Shown here: positions 10,133-19,355 of the stretch, one piece after another
Position numbering within the stretch: the first letter of the stretch is position 1
Layout of the letters: each line of letters starts with the position of its first letter
Assembly: GCA_963728745.1 (NCBI GenBank)
Contig: CAVSKY010000006.1
Coordinates: forward strand, 197,323 to 261,322
Reading direction: 5' to 3'
Length of the DNA: 64,000 bases
Source of the DNA: an uncultured Chloroflexia bacterium
GTDB lineage: Bacteria > Chloroflexota > Limnocylindria > Limnocylindrales > CSP1-4
Notes under the pieces: generated by a model
Seen by the model: the letters and a program-made list of their open reading frames with translations, nothing else
Databases searched by the model: none
What the model was told of the DNA's origin: nothing
Program-made: the position numbers and the translations under genes

Positions 10133-10252
10133 GTCGTCGCGAGCGTAGCACACGGCGGCCGGCCCCCAGATAAGCGGCAGTGCAGCGGCCCTGCCTACGA
10201 TGCCTCCCTCGCCCCTCCCGCCGGAGCCCTGTCCGCCGGAGGAGGCCCCCAG

Positions 10253-11365
10253 ATGGTGGAGTCGCGTTGGTTCCGTCGAGCTGGACCGGGGATCGCTGCG
10301 GTCGGTGCCGTTGTCATGATCGCGTCGGCCACGCTCGGTGCCGGGTCGCCGGACTGGGACCCGCCGGTCTGTGCGGACCCGGTCGGCCCGGCCGGGACGT
10401 CGATCGGAGCGTGGTACCGCGTCGACCCGGTGCTCGTCGACGGCGTCTGGAGTGGCCAGCTGCTGACGCTCGGTCGGGCTCCCGACCCACGACCACGGCA
10501 GCTCAACCTGGATGCGGAGTCGTTCGCGAGTGGGCCGTTCGGCGGCAGCGTCCTGGTCGGTACGGACGATGGCGCGGCGTCGTCGCTGACCTTGTTCGAT
10601 CTGGGCGCCGGATGTCGCCGGGCGCTGGGTACGTCACGCGACGTCATCCGTCACGCGACGCTCAGTCCGGATCGGCGGTCCATCCTCGAGCACCGCGTGG
10701 ACCGGCGCACCAGGACGGACCTCGGCGTGTGGCGAAGGCCACTGGACGGCGATGCGCCGATGCGCGCGATCCCACCGATCCAGGCGGATCGGCGATTCGG
10801 CCCGACCTGGCGGACGGAGCTGTCATGGAGCGCCGACGGGCGGACGCTGGTCGTCGAGTCCTGTGGCGAGGTGGCGTGCCGATTTCGGTTGGTCGACGAG
10901 GGCGGGGCATCGCTCCAGATCGCGGCGGATCCGACCGTCGGCAGCCTGGTCGGGCTCGTCGATAGGCATCTGGTCGCGCATGGCGCCTGCCGCGGGCTGC
11001 CGTGTCCGCTGTTCTCCATCGACGTCGGCACGAACCGTGCGAGGCTGCTCGATGGGGCGGCGGGTCGAGCCGTGATCGGGCGTGACGCGCGGGGTCGACC
11101 GGCCGTGATCCACGAGCTCGGGACCGATGGGCGGGCCATCCGGGTGGTCAGTGTGGCGGGTCACCAACGAGCCGTCCTCGATGTCGAACCGCGGCAGGGT
11201 CGACTGGTGGCGAAGCCTGGCTGGTCGGGCGGCGCGGCCGAGCACGCACCCGACTGGATCCTCTTCGCACCTGACGGCCGGCTCCCGATCAGTGGGTCAG
11301 CGCGGGCCATCCTCCGCCACGTCGGGGACGGGCGCACCGTCTCGCTCGGGGAGATGCTCCGATGA
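10253..11365 (+). CDS. Secreted hypothetical protein, probable beta-propeller
   Basis: GGAGG RBS, N-terminal signal, TolB-like blade motifs LSPDRR and WSADGR. Confidence 0.75.
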   Translation: MVESRWFRRAGPGIAAVGAVVMIASATLGAGSPDWDPPVCADPVGPAGTSIGAWYRVDPVLVDGVWSGQLLTLGRAPDPRPRQLNLDAESFASGPFGGSVLVGTDDGAASSLTLFDLGAGCRRALGTSRDVIRHATLSPDRRSILEHRVDRRTRTDLGVWRRPLDGDAPMRAIPPIQADRRFGPTWRTELSWSADGRTLVVESCGEVACRFRLVDEGGASLQIAADPTVGSLVGLVDRHLVAHGACRGLPCPLFSIDVGTNRARLLDGAAGRAVIGRDARGRPAVIHELGTDGRAIRVVSVAGHQRAVLDVEPRQGRLVAKPGWSGGAAEHAPDWILFAPDGRLPISGSARAILRHVGDGRTVSLGEMLR

Positions 11366-12402
11366 ACACCACGGCACAGCGACGCATCATCCTTCCCGCG
11401 CTGATCGGCATCGTGATCGGCGTCGCCGTCGCCGCCCCGACGGCGGCGCACGCCCCCGATCCCAGCCTGAGCGGCTCGCTCTTCGGTCAGGACCAGGAGC
11501 TGCGATTCCGCTGGCGATCAGGCTCTGAGCCGCCGGCGGCCATGCGGACGGCGATCCGCGCGGCTGCGGACGACACCAACGCGACCCGCGCCTCCCGGGC
11601 GGCGACCTTCGTCTACGACGCCGGGGGCTCGAACCTGATCGGCTACGGCACCGGGACCTGTGGCGTGAACGGCATCGGCTGCTTCACGCGGACCGCCCCG
11701 ACCAGCTTCACGATGTGGCTCCGCGAACACGGCCGCCCCTTCGACTGGGGTGTGCTGCGCTGGTGCCAGATGCAAGTCGATCCGACCAACGGTTGCTATG
11801 ACGCCGAAACCATCGCCCTCGACGAGTTCGGGCACGTCGAGATCCTCAACCACCATGTGAACCACGCCGACGAGAGCGACTACACGGACGCGGTGGTCCA
11901 GACGTTCTCCCGGACGCGGCCCAAGGCCGGTTGGAACATGCACACCTACGGCGTCTGCGACACCGCGACGCTGCAGATCAAGTACGACGTGCCGACCTTG
12001 TCGTCGTTGTACTCAACGTGCCTGGACCTCGCGACCGCGGTCACGCTGGGTGTCAACGACAATTCGATCGCCTACGGTGCCGCGGTCGACTTCGGATCGC
12101 TGCTCAGGGTCGCGACGAGCACGAGTTACGGCCGTTTGAGCGCGAACCCGATCGGAAAACGGACCGTGCGACTCCAGCGTCGAGACGTGGGCTCGTCCAC
12201 GTGGGCCAACTTCTTCACCCTGCCACCGTCGACGCCGATCGGCACGTACCGGGCGACGCTGCGGCTCTTCGAGACCGCCGACTTCAGGACGGTGTATTCG
12301 ACGCCCACGAATGAGGGCTTGCGGGGAGACACGAGTGCCACGATCCGGGTGACCGTGGGGCCGTGCACCTCGAACTGCCCCGATCCGATCATCGCCCCGT
12401 GA
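11362..12402 (+). CDS. Secreted matrixin/metzincin-like protein with atypical zinc motif and C-terminal beta domain
   Basis: Signal peptide ending AAH; YDAETIALDEFGHVEILNH aligns with DlxtvalHEfGHxxGLxH. Confidence 0.7.
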   Translation: MNTTAQRRIILPALIGIVIGVAVAAPTAAHAPDPSLSGSLFGQDQELRFRWRSGSEPPAAMRTAIRAAADDTNATRASRAATFVYDAGGSNLIGYGTGTCGVNGIGCFTRTAPTSFTMWLREHGRPFDWGVLRWCQMQVDPTNGCYDAETIALDEFGHVEILNHHVNHADESDYTDAVVQTFSRTRPKAGWNMHTYGVCDTATLQIKYDVPTLSSLYSTCLDLATAVTLGVNDNSIAYGAAVDFGSLLRVATSTSYGRLSANPIGKRTVRLQRRDVGSSTWANFFTLPPSTPIGTYRATLRLFETADFRTVYSTPTNEGLRGDTSATIRVTVGPCTSNCPDPIIAP

Positions 12403-12413
12403 TGGAGGACCCG

Positions 12414-12941
12414 ATGCCACTGCGTGCCCCGACGACCGCGGTCGTCCTCATGGTTCTCGCTGCGGTGGCCGCCGCCTGCGCTGGGTCGGTCGCTTCGTCG
12501 AGTCCGCCGATCACGCCAGGCCCGCCGACATCCTCGCCCGCGACTTCGACGGAGCCGCCGAATACTGAAGCGCCGATCGACGGGCCACCGGCCGCAGCGC
12601 TAGCGGCTGAAGGCGGCGACGCCGTCGCAGGCCAGCTCGGAACATACGTCTGGGGCGACACGGGGTCGGACAGCCCGTGGCTCCCTGGGGCCCCGATCTC
12701 GGTCGGTACCGGGGAGCCGCTGACCGTGACCTTCGACCCGGCGGTCGCGGTGGCGGCGTGGCGGGCGCGGATCGTACCGTCCGGCGTGGATGGGCCGGAC
12801 GGCGCTCGCGTCATCGGTCAGGGCGCCGACGACCCGTCGTTCCAGGCACCCGCGGCCGGGTCGTGGACCGTGGAGGTATTCGTCGAGTTCGGCTCGAGCG
12901 CGGGCGACGCCAGCTACTTCTGGCGGCTCGACGTCAGATGA
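12414..12941 (+). CDS. Hypothetical lipoprotein
   Basis: GGAGG RBS, lipobox AAAC, P/S/T linker, beta-rich domain ending ASYFWRLDVR. Confidence 0.75.
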   Translation: MPLRAPTTAVVLMVLAAVAAACAGSVASSSPPITPGPPTSSPATSTEPPNTEAPIDGPPAAALAAEGGDAVAGQLGTYVWGDTGSDSPWLPGAPISVGTGEPLTVTFDPAVAVAAWRARIVPSGVDGPDGARVIGQGADDPSFQAPAAGSWTVEVFVEFGSSAGDASYFWRLDVR

Positions 12942-12968
12942 GGCGCTCCGGGTCCGCGGCGGACACGG

Positions 12969-13247
12969 CTAGGTGGAAGCGACCGGCTGGCCGGCGGAGA
13001 AGATCGACACCTGCGCGTCCTCGGGCAGCATCACGCCGAAGACCTTCTGGAGTGTCAGGAGGTGGACGCAGGAACCCCAACTCTCGAAATAGTGGCAGGT
13101 GCAGCGCCACTGACCGGAATCGAGGGCGACTCGGTGCGTGTCGTTGTCGCCGCGAAACGTGAGCGAGAGGCGATCGATGGTCATTCGATCGAGCTCTCGC
13201 GCATAGCGGTTCGCCTTCTCGACCTTGCCGATCAGGGAGCTGTGCAT
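12969..13247 (-). CDS. Small SWIM zinc-finger protein
   Basis: WRCTCHYF...CVH (CxC..CxH); GGAGG RBS before MHSSLIGKVEKA. Confidence 0.8.
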   Translation of the reverse strand: MHSSLIGKVEKANRYARELDRMTIDRLSLTFRGDNDTHRVALDSGQWRCTCHYFESWGSCVHLLTLQKVFGVMLPEDAQVSIFSAGQPVAST

Positions 13248-13381
13248 CTCGTGCATCCTCCGTCGCCACATGGGCGCTCTCGAGGCCGCCGTCCGGTCTG
13301 CACCTTCGACCGGTGATGGCGGTCGCGTCCCTGAAGCCTACACCGGGAGACCCATCCGGTCACCCCCGAATCGTCCCAGGG

Positions 13382-13744
13382 TCAGGGCGCGTTCGTCCCC
13401 TCCCGACCGAAGTCGTCCTCGAGCCGGATGACGTCGTCGAGCTCGGGCGTCGACACCTCGATGAGCTCACACCGCTCGACGGCTTCGAATTGGTGGATCC
13501 GCCCGGTCGGCACGCGCATCGCGTCGCCGGCAGCCAGATCGTGCGCCTGCACGACGCCATCGTCGTCCTCCAGGTACAGCCGCAGCACGCCGGACCGTAC
13601 GAGGATCGATTCGTCCTTGATCTCGTGTCGCTGGAGCGAGAGCCGCTTGCCCGTCTCGATGACCAGCACCTTGGCGACATACCGGTCGGTGTGCGCCCAG
13701 ATGAGCTCGTGGCCCCACGGCTTCTCGACCCGCCGGCCTGTCAC
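13382..13744 (-). CDS. Cupin protein, type II phosphomannose isomerase-like
   Basis: VEKPWG, LSLQRHEIKDE, EVSTPELDDVIRLEDDFGR; GTG overlaps the manB stop. Confidence 0.85.
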   Translation of the reverse strand: MTGRRVEKPWGHELIWAHTDRYVAKVLVIETGKRLSLQRHEIKDESILVRSGVLRLYLEDDDGVVQAHDLAAGDAMRVPTGRIHQFEAVERCELIEVSTPELDDVIRLEDDFGREGTNAP

Positions 13745-15222
13745 CTGCCGCGCACCAGCCGTTCGCCGGCAGTGAGCATCGCCTCGCGCGCGTCGGTCGA
13801 GGTCGCCTCGGTATAGACGCGGACGAGCGGCTCGGTCCCGGATGCGCGAATCAGCAGCCACGACCCATCCTCAAGGAAGAACTTGAAACCGTCGCCGGTC
13901 TCGAGCGCAACGGTCCGTGCCACCGGCTCGCCCGCAAGCTTGTCTGGTCCGGTCGCCGCGAGATCGACGAGCAGCCGGCGCTTGACCTCGGCGTACTCCG
14001 TCCGGTCGACATGGACGTCGATCCGGCGGTAGAACGAGGGGCCTGCGATCTCGTGGAAATGAGCGATCGCCGTGGAGACCGGCCAGCGACCGGCGGCTCG
14101 TTCGCGCAGGAACAGGTCGAGGAGCAGGAGGTCGGCGTAGATCCCATCGCGCTCGGGCAGGTGCACCCCGAAGCCGAAGCCGCCGGATTCCTCGGCGCCC
14201 ATCATCGCGCCGGTTTCGATCATCTTCGGGCCGATGAACTTGAACCCCACCGGCGTCTCGTGGGTGGCGATGCCGTAGCGCTCACCCAACCGCGCCGCCA
14301 TCGACGTGTTGTTGACGCTGATGACGACCGGGTCGCGCCAGCCCCGATGCTCCGCGAGGTAGTACATCAGCAGGCCGGTGACCTGGAGCTGGTGGATGAA
14401 CGTGCCTTGCTCATCCGCGGCGCCCGCCCGATCCGCATCGCCGTCGAGCAGCAGCGCCAGGTCGTATCCGCCGGCGGCGACACGCTGCAGCGCCTCGTCG
14501 ACATTGGGCCGGATCGGCTCCGGGTTGATGCCGCCGAAATACGGGTTGCGCTCCTGGTGGATCTCCTCGATGCGGATCCGGCCGCCTTCCAGCAACCGGC
14601 TGATCCAATCCGCCCCCACGCCGAAGAGCGGATCGACCAGGACCGACATGTCCGCGGAGCGCAGTGCATCGAGGTCGACCGTCCGGCGCACGAATCGCTC
14701 ATAGCCCTGGTAGGGGTCGAAGCGCTCGACCATGCCGGCGGCCTCTGCGTCTGCCAGGGGTCGGCGATCGATCGCGTGCCCGCCGTTGACGGCGAGACGC
14801 GCCTCGATCACGGCGAGGATCTCGTGCCCGGCCGCTGCGCCCGTCGGCGCCTTCACCTTGAACCCGTTGTCGACCCACGGGTTGTGGCTCGCGGTGATGA
14901 CGATCCCGGCAGCGGCGCCGCGCTCGACCACCTCGAACGAGCTCATCTGGGTCGGCACGGCGTGGGCCGCCAGGGCGACCGGGATGTCGTGCGCGAGTAG
15001 CACCTCGGCGGCCGCCGCTGCGAAATGTTCTGATGCGAAACGGCGGTCGAACGCGACGACGACGCCCTTTGCGGTGGTGCCCTGGTCGGCTACGTAGTGG
15101 GCGACGCCGTCGGCGCAGCGCCGGACGTTGTCGAAGGTGAACTCGTCGGCGATCCGTGCCCGCCAGCCGTCGGTCCCGAAGACGATCGAGGTGGGCGCCG
15201 ACACACCGGCGGTCGTGGACAC
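13741..15222 (-). CDS. manB: Phosphoglucomutase/phosphomannomutase
   Basis: FGTDGWR, TASHNP, DGDADR, GAEESGG, RASGTEP. Confidence 0.92.
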   Translation of the reverse strand: MSTTAGVSAPTSIVFGTDGWRARIADEFTFDNVRRCADGVAHYVADQGTTAKGVVVAFDRRFASEHFAAAAAEVLLAHDIPVALAAHAVPTQMSSFEVVERGAAAGIVITASHNPWVDNGFKVKAPTGAAAGHEILAVIEARLAVNGGHAIDRRPLADAEAAGMVERFDPYQGYERFVRRTVDLDALRSADMSVLVDPLFGVGADWISRLLEGGRIRIEEIHQERNPYFGGINPEPIRPNVDEALQRVAAGGYDLALLLDGDADRAGAADEQGTFIHQLQVTGLLMYYLAEHRGWRDPVVISVNNTSMAARLGERYGIATHETPVGFKFIGPKMIETGAMMGAEESGGFGFGVHLPERDGIYADLLLLDLFLRERAAGRWPVSTAIAHFHEIAGPSFYRRIDVHVDRTEYAEVKRRLLVDLAATGPDKLAGEPVARTVALETGDGFKFFLEDGSWLLIRASGTEPLVRVYTEATSTDAREAMLTAGERLVRGR

Positions 15223-16290
15223 TCAGCCTCCAGCCTGCGCGCACCGCTCGATGAGCGCGTTGACGGTGTCGATGTCGGCCGCCGAACCGCGAAGGACCGC
15301 GATCGGTTGCGCCGCGGTCATGCTACCGCGCTCCGCTGGCGCGATGACGCCCAGGCGCCCATTCACCCGGCGGACGATGAGGTCGTCGCCCTCGACCTGG
15401 ACGGTCTCGCCGGGCTGGACGACGGCGCCCTCGCCGCGCGCACCGATGGCGGCCAGCAGCGCGGTCCACGAGCCGAGGTCCGACCAGCCGACGTCCATGC
15501 TCGCCATGATGACTTGCCCGTTGCGCGCCGCGCCCTCCATGACCGCGTGGTCGATCGAGAGCGGCTGCTGGATCGCCTCGTACGCGCGCTCGAGGAGCTG
15601 CGGCGCCGATGCCATCGGTTCGAGCGACTGGACGAGGCCGGTGTAGCGCAGCAGCGCGGCCCGGATCGCCCGCCGGCGCCACAGGAACATACCCGCGTTC
15701 CAGGCCGCGCCGGGCACGCGCTCGAACAGGTCCTCGGCGCGAGCCGGCTTGGGCTTCTCCTCGAACGCGCTCAGCGGGTAGGCATCCAGACCATCGATCT
15801 CCTCGCGATCCGCGAGCCTCGGGAGGAGGTAGCCGTATTCGGTCGCCGGCCGGGTCACCTGGGTGCCGAGCGTGACCAGCGGATCCTCGATCCCGAATGC
15901 GCCGGTGGCGAGATGGCCTGCCGCCGAGCCGAGGACGCCGTGATAGACGCCCTCGCGGGCGGGGTCGATGTGCGCATCGGCCGGGATCACGAGCATGACG
16001 TCCTCGGCGGGTCGGTCGATCGCCGTGGTAGCGAGCGCGATCGCCGCAGCGGTGTTGCGACCCATCGGTTCGAGCAGCAGCGCCGCTGTGGGCACCTGGT
16101 CGCGCACAAGCCGCTCGTAGCGGCGGTCGGTGACGACGGTGATGTCGTCGGTCAGCTCGCGCAGCCGTCGATCGGTCGCCTGGAGGAGGGTCTCATCGCC
16201 GAGGAGCGGCAGGAACGGCTTGGGGCGTTCCGGGCGGCTCAGCGGGTGGAGTCGCGTCCCGCCACCGCCGGCCATGATGACCGCATACAT
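15223..16290 (-). CDS. manC: Mannose-1-phosphate guanylyltransferase
   Basis: IMAGGGGTRLHPLSR..PK, EPMGRNTA, FEEKP, WNAGMF, WSDLGSW. Confidence 0.92.
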   Translation of the reverse strand: MYAVIMAGGGGTRLHPLSRPERPKPFLPLLGDETLLQATDRRLRELTDDITVVTDRRYERLVRDQVPTAALLLEPMGRNTAAAIALATTAIDRPAEDVMLVIPADAHIDPAREGVYHGVLGSAAGHLATGAFGIEDPLVTLGTQVTRPATEYGYLLPRLADREEIDGLDAYPLSAFEEKPKPARAEDLFERVPGAAWNAGMFLWRRRAIRAALLRYTGLVQSLEPMASAPQLLERAYEAIQQPLSIDHAVMEGAARNGQVIMASMDVGWSDLGSWTALLAAIGARGEGAVVQPGETVQVEGDDLIVRRVNGRLGVIAPAERGSMTAAQPIAVLRGSAADIDTVNALIERCAQAGG

Positions 16291-16361
16291 GCGGGAAAGC
16301 GTAGCGCCGGCGGATCGGTCCGGTCGGTGCGACGCGCCGGTGGACCGACGGGGCTAGGCGG

Positions 16362-17258
16362 TCACTGGGCGATGACGACCCACTTGCCTTCCCAGGGCAC
16401 GCTCCGTTGCCACTCGTGGTAGCGCGTGAAGTACTCGCGGAACTGGGCGACGGTGAGGTACTTGTAGGGCCATTTATCTGCGCTCGTGCCGAGCGGGCCA
16501 CTGACGTACAGGCCCAGCAAGGTCTTCTTGCTCGGCTCGTCCTTGTCGAACGTCTGCTTGTAGCCGAGCACGACCCAGGCGTGCGTACCGGCCTTGACGG
16601 TCACACCGACGGGGTGCTTCGTCCGCCCGATCGAATGGGCGATGTAGTTGATCGCTGCGCTCTTGTCCGAATAGGCGCGCGCCTGGTAGTTCCGACCGGT
16701 GAAGTAGCGCATCGACCAGGCCCAGCCCTGCGGATCGTTGCCACGGGTCGCATAGCGGTAGCGGTTGTGCGCTCGCGTGAGGCGATAGATGTAGGCCTGT
16801 CGTGAATACGTGCGATTGCTCGTGCGCCGAACCAGGTTGGCCATCGACTGGACGGTCGCGGGCACACACCAGTAGTTCGTGAACTGGCGGACCATCGCGG
16901 TCGAGCGATAGAGGTTGATGCTGGCGAGCGTGTAGGTCGGGGACGACGGGGTCGGCGTAGGCGCGGGCGTCGATGTCGGCGAGGGGGTGTCGGTGGGCTT
17001 GGGGTCGTCGCCCTGGGGCGGGTCCGGAGCCGCCGCGGGCGCGGGCACCGGAGCCGGGGTCGGGTCCGCCGTCGGCGCAGGCGTCGGTTCGGGGGTGGGC
17101 TCCGGCGTGGCGGTCGGCTCGACGGTCGCCTCGGGCGCCGGGCTTGGCGTCTCGTCGGCGGCCACCGACCAGGGCATCGCGCCGAGGGCCGCTAGACCGA
17201 CGATGCTGGCGAGGATCACGCGGGGCAGGCGGCCACGCGATGCCGGTCGTCGCTCCAT
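16362..17258 (-). CDS. Secreted C39/papain-fold peptidase-like protein with Pro/Thr linker
   Basis: Signal peptide, PT-rich linker, QFTNYWCVPA (Gln/Cys) and THAWVVLGY (His). Confidence 0.7.
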   Translation of the reverse strand: MERRPASRGRLPRVILASIVGLAALGAMPWSVAADETPSPAPEATVEPTATPEPTPEPTPAPTADPTPAPVPAPAAAPDPPQGDDPKPTDTPSPTSTPAPTPTPSSPTYTLASINLYRSTAMVRQFTNYWCVPATVQSMANLVRRTSNRTYSRQAYIYRLTRAHNRYRYATRGNDPQGWAWSMRYFTGRNYQARAYSDKSAAINYIAHSIGRTKHPVGVTVKAGTHAWVVLGYKQTFDKDEPSKKTLLGLYVSGPLGTSADKWPYKYLTVAQFREYFTRYHEWQRSVPWEGKWVVIAQ

Positions 17259-17350
17259 AGGCACAGCCTAACCCCGCGTGACCAGCCCCCGCTCCCTGCC
17301 CGATGGTCCCAGCCCGTTGCTTTCCGACACCGGACCGTTACAGGCACATG

Positions 17351-17905
17351 TCAGAAGCTCGGCGGCGTCATGCAGAAGAGCACCGTCGCCGGCGTGGCGC
17401 CGTGGTTGACGTTCCAATGCGGGATGCGGGAGGGGAAAGTGATCGCGTCGCCCTCGCGCAGGAGGTAGTGCTCATCGCCGACCCACAGGTCGAGGACGCC
17501 CGCCAACACGATGACCGTCTCCTCGTCGGACTCGTGCGTGTACGGCTCGGCGCCGGTACCGCCGCCGGCTTCGATCGTCGACATGATCACCTGGAGCCGG
17601 CCAGCCAGGTTCGATGTCAGGAATTCATCCACTGCCTTCAGCCCCGGATATTCCACCCGCCGCCGCGCCTCGCGTCGGACGACCCGTCCCGTATCGGCGT
17701 CATGGGCGAAGAGCTGCGCGATCGAAAGATCGAGCGCCCGAGCGATCCGGTGGACCGTCGCGATCGACGGGCTCGCCACATCGCGCTCGACCTGGGAGAG
17801 GAAGCTCTCAGTCACGCCTGCGCGCTCAGCCACATCCCGCAGCGTCAACCGGCGAGCCTGTCGCAGCGAGCGGATGCGTGCCCCGAGTCCCAGCTCCGTG
17901 ACCAA
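17351..17905 (-). CDS. XRE-family HTH + cupin transcriptional regulator (PuuR-like)
   Basis: LTLRDVAERAGVTESFLSQVERD HTH plus C-terminal cupin; probable TTG start after GAGGA; divergent from pot genes. Confidence 0.88.
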   Translation of the reverse strand: MVTELGLGARIRSLRQARRLTLRDVAERAGVTESFLSQVERDVASPSIATVHRIARALDLSIAQLFAHDADTGRVVRREARRRVEYPGLKAVDEFLTSNLAGRLQVIMSTIEAGGGTGAEPYTHESDEETVIVLAGVLDLWVGDEHYLLREGDAITFPSRIPHWNVNHGATPATVLFCMTPPSF

Positions 17906-17944
17906 GCCTGGCGTCCTCTGCTGCACGCGCGCGTCTTCGGCTTT

Positions 17945-18076
17945 CTGAAGTATAGGTTCAGGATGCTGCGAGCAGCGCATCGGGCACGCCACGTTGCGTG
18001 CGATATTCGAAGCTTCGCTGCGTTGACGAGTGGGGGCATCGCCCCTAGGATGCGAAAGCCTGTAGCCCCGCTACAG
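17945..18076. promoter_or_regulatory. Divergent promoters with two palindromic operator candidates
   Basis: + strand TTGACG(18023)-N17-TAGGAT(18046); - strand TATACT (17954-17949); palindromes CTGAAGTATAGGTTCAG (17945-17961) and CTGTAGCCCCGCTACAG (18060-18076). Confidence 0.65.
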
Positions 18077-18119
18077 CGACCCATGCTCGATGCCCGGCAC
18101 CATCGCGCGAGGACCGCCG

Positions 18120-19304
18120 TTGACCGCTTCCCCGACGATCGACGCCCGGCCTGACGGTTCCACCGTACAGCCGCCTGCACCGCGCGCGGCGGACGCCCCC
18201 GACGTCCTCATCCAGCGCGTCACGAAGCGCTTCGACACGGTCACGGCCGTCGATCACATGGACCTGTCGATCGAACGCGGTGAGTTCTATTCCCTGCTCG
18301 GCCCATCCGGCTGCGGCAAGACGACGACGCTGCGCATGATCGCCGGCTTCGAGCAGCCGACCGAAGGCGAGATCTTCCTGGCCGGTCAGCCGATCGCCGG
18401 CGTGCCGCCGTACCAGCGCAACGTCAACACGGTCTTCCAGCACTACGCGCTGTTCCCCCACATGGACGTGAACCAGAACGTGGGCTATGGCCTGCGACAG
18501 CGCAAGGTCGACAAGAAGGAGGAAGAGCGTCGCGTCACCGAGGCGCTCGGTCTGGTGCGCTTGGCCGGCTACGGCAAGCGGCGCACGTGGGAGATGTCGG
18601 GCGGCCAGCAGCAGCGCGTCGCGCTGGCGCGTGCCCTGGTCAATCGGCCGACCGTGCTGCTGCTCGATGAGCCGCTCGGCGCGCTCGATCTCAAGCTGCG
18701 CAAGGAGATGCAGCTCGAGCTCAAGGCGCTCCAGCGCGAGGTCGGCATCACCTTCGTCTACGTCACCCACGATCAGGAAGAGGCGCTCACGATGAGCGAC
18801 GTGATCGTGGTCATGCGCGACGGCCTCATCCACCAGAAGGGCAACCCCACCGTCCTCTACGAGCGGCCGGTCAACCGGTTCGTCGCCGACTTCATCGGCA
18901 CGTCGAACTTCATGGACGCGACGGTCGTCGAAGCGGCGACCGACGGCCGCGTCGTGGTGCGCACCGGCCGCGGGATGACGATCCGCGGTGCGCTGACGGA
19001 CCCGACCGCCCGGCCGGTCACGGGTGATTCGGTCGTGGTAGCGACGCGGCCTGAGCGCCTGGAGGTGGTTCCGGCCGACGCGGCCGAGTCCGCCCGGGCC
19101 GGGATGACGCAGATCCGCGGCCGCGTCCGGCAGGGAACATATCTCGGGGACCAGACGGAATACCGCGTCGACACGGACGACGCGGGGGAGGTGATCGTCC
19201 GACATCAGAACGCCGCCGGCGCAGGGGGCGCGCCGGGAGTGGGTCCGGGTGACCCTGTGGTCGTCCGGTGGGAAGAAGAGGCCAACCTCATCCTCGCGGG
19301 ATGA
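18120..19304 (+). CDS. potA: Polyamine ABC transporter ATP-binding protein
   Basis: GPSGCGKT, MSGGQQQR, LLDEPLGALD, C-terminal TOBE region; TTG start after GAGGA. Confidence 0.9.
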   Translation: MTASPTIDARPDGSTVQPPAPRAADAPDVLIQRVTKRFDTVTAVDHMDLSIERGEFYSLLGPSGCGKTTTLRMIAGFEQPTEGEIFLAGQPIAGVPPYQRNVNTVFQHYALFPHMDVNQNVGYGLRQRKVDKKEEERRVTEALGLVRLAGYGKRRTWEMSGGQQQRVALARALVNRPTVLLLDEPLGALDLKLRKEMQLELKALQREVGITFVYVTHDQEEALTMSDVIVVMRDGLIHQKGNPTVLYERPVNRFVADFIGTSNFMDATVVEAATDGRVVVRTGRGMTIRGALTDPTARPVTGDSVVVATRPERLEVVPADAAESARAGMTQIRGRVRQGTYLGDQTEYRVDTDDAGEVIVRHQNAAGAGGAPGVGPGDPVVVRWEEEANLILAG

Positions 19305-19355
19305 GCGCAGTTGTCACCCGGCCGGAGTGACCGGACCGGAATGAGGAGGAGAAAC

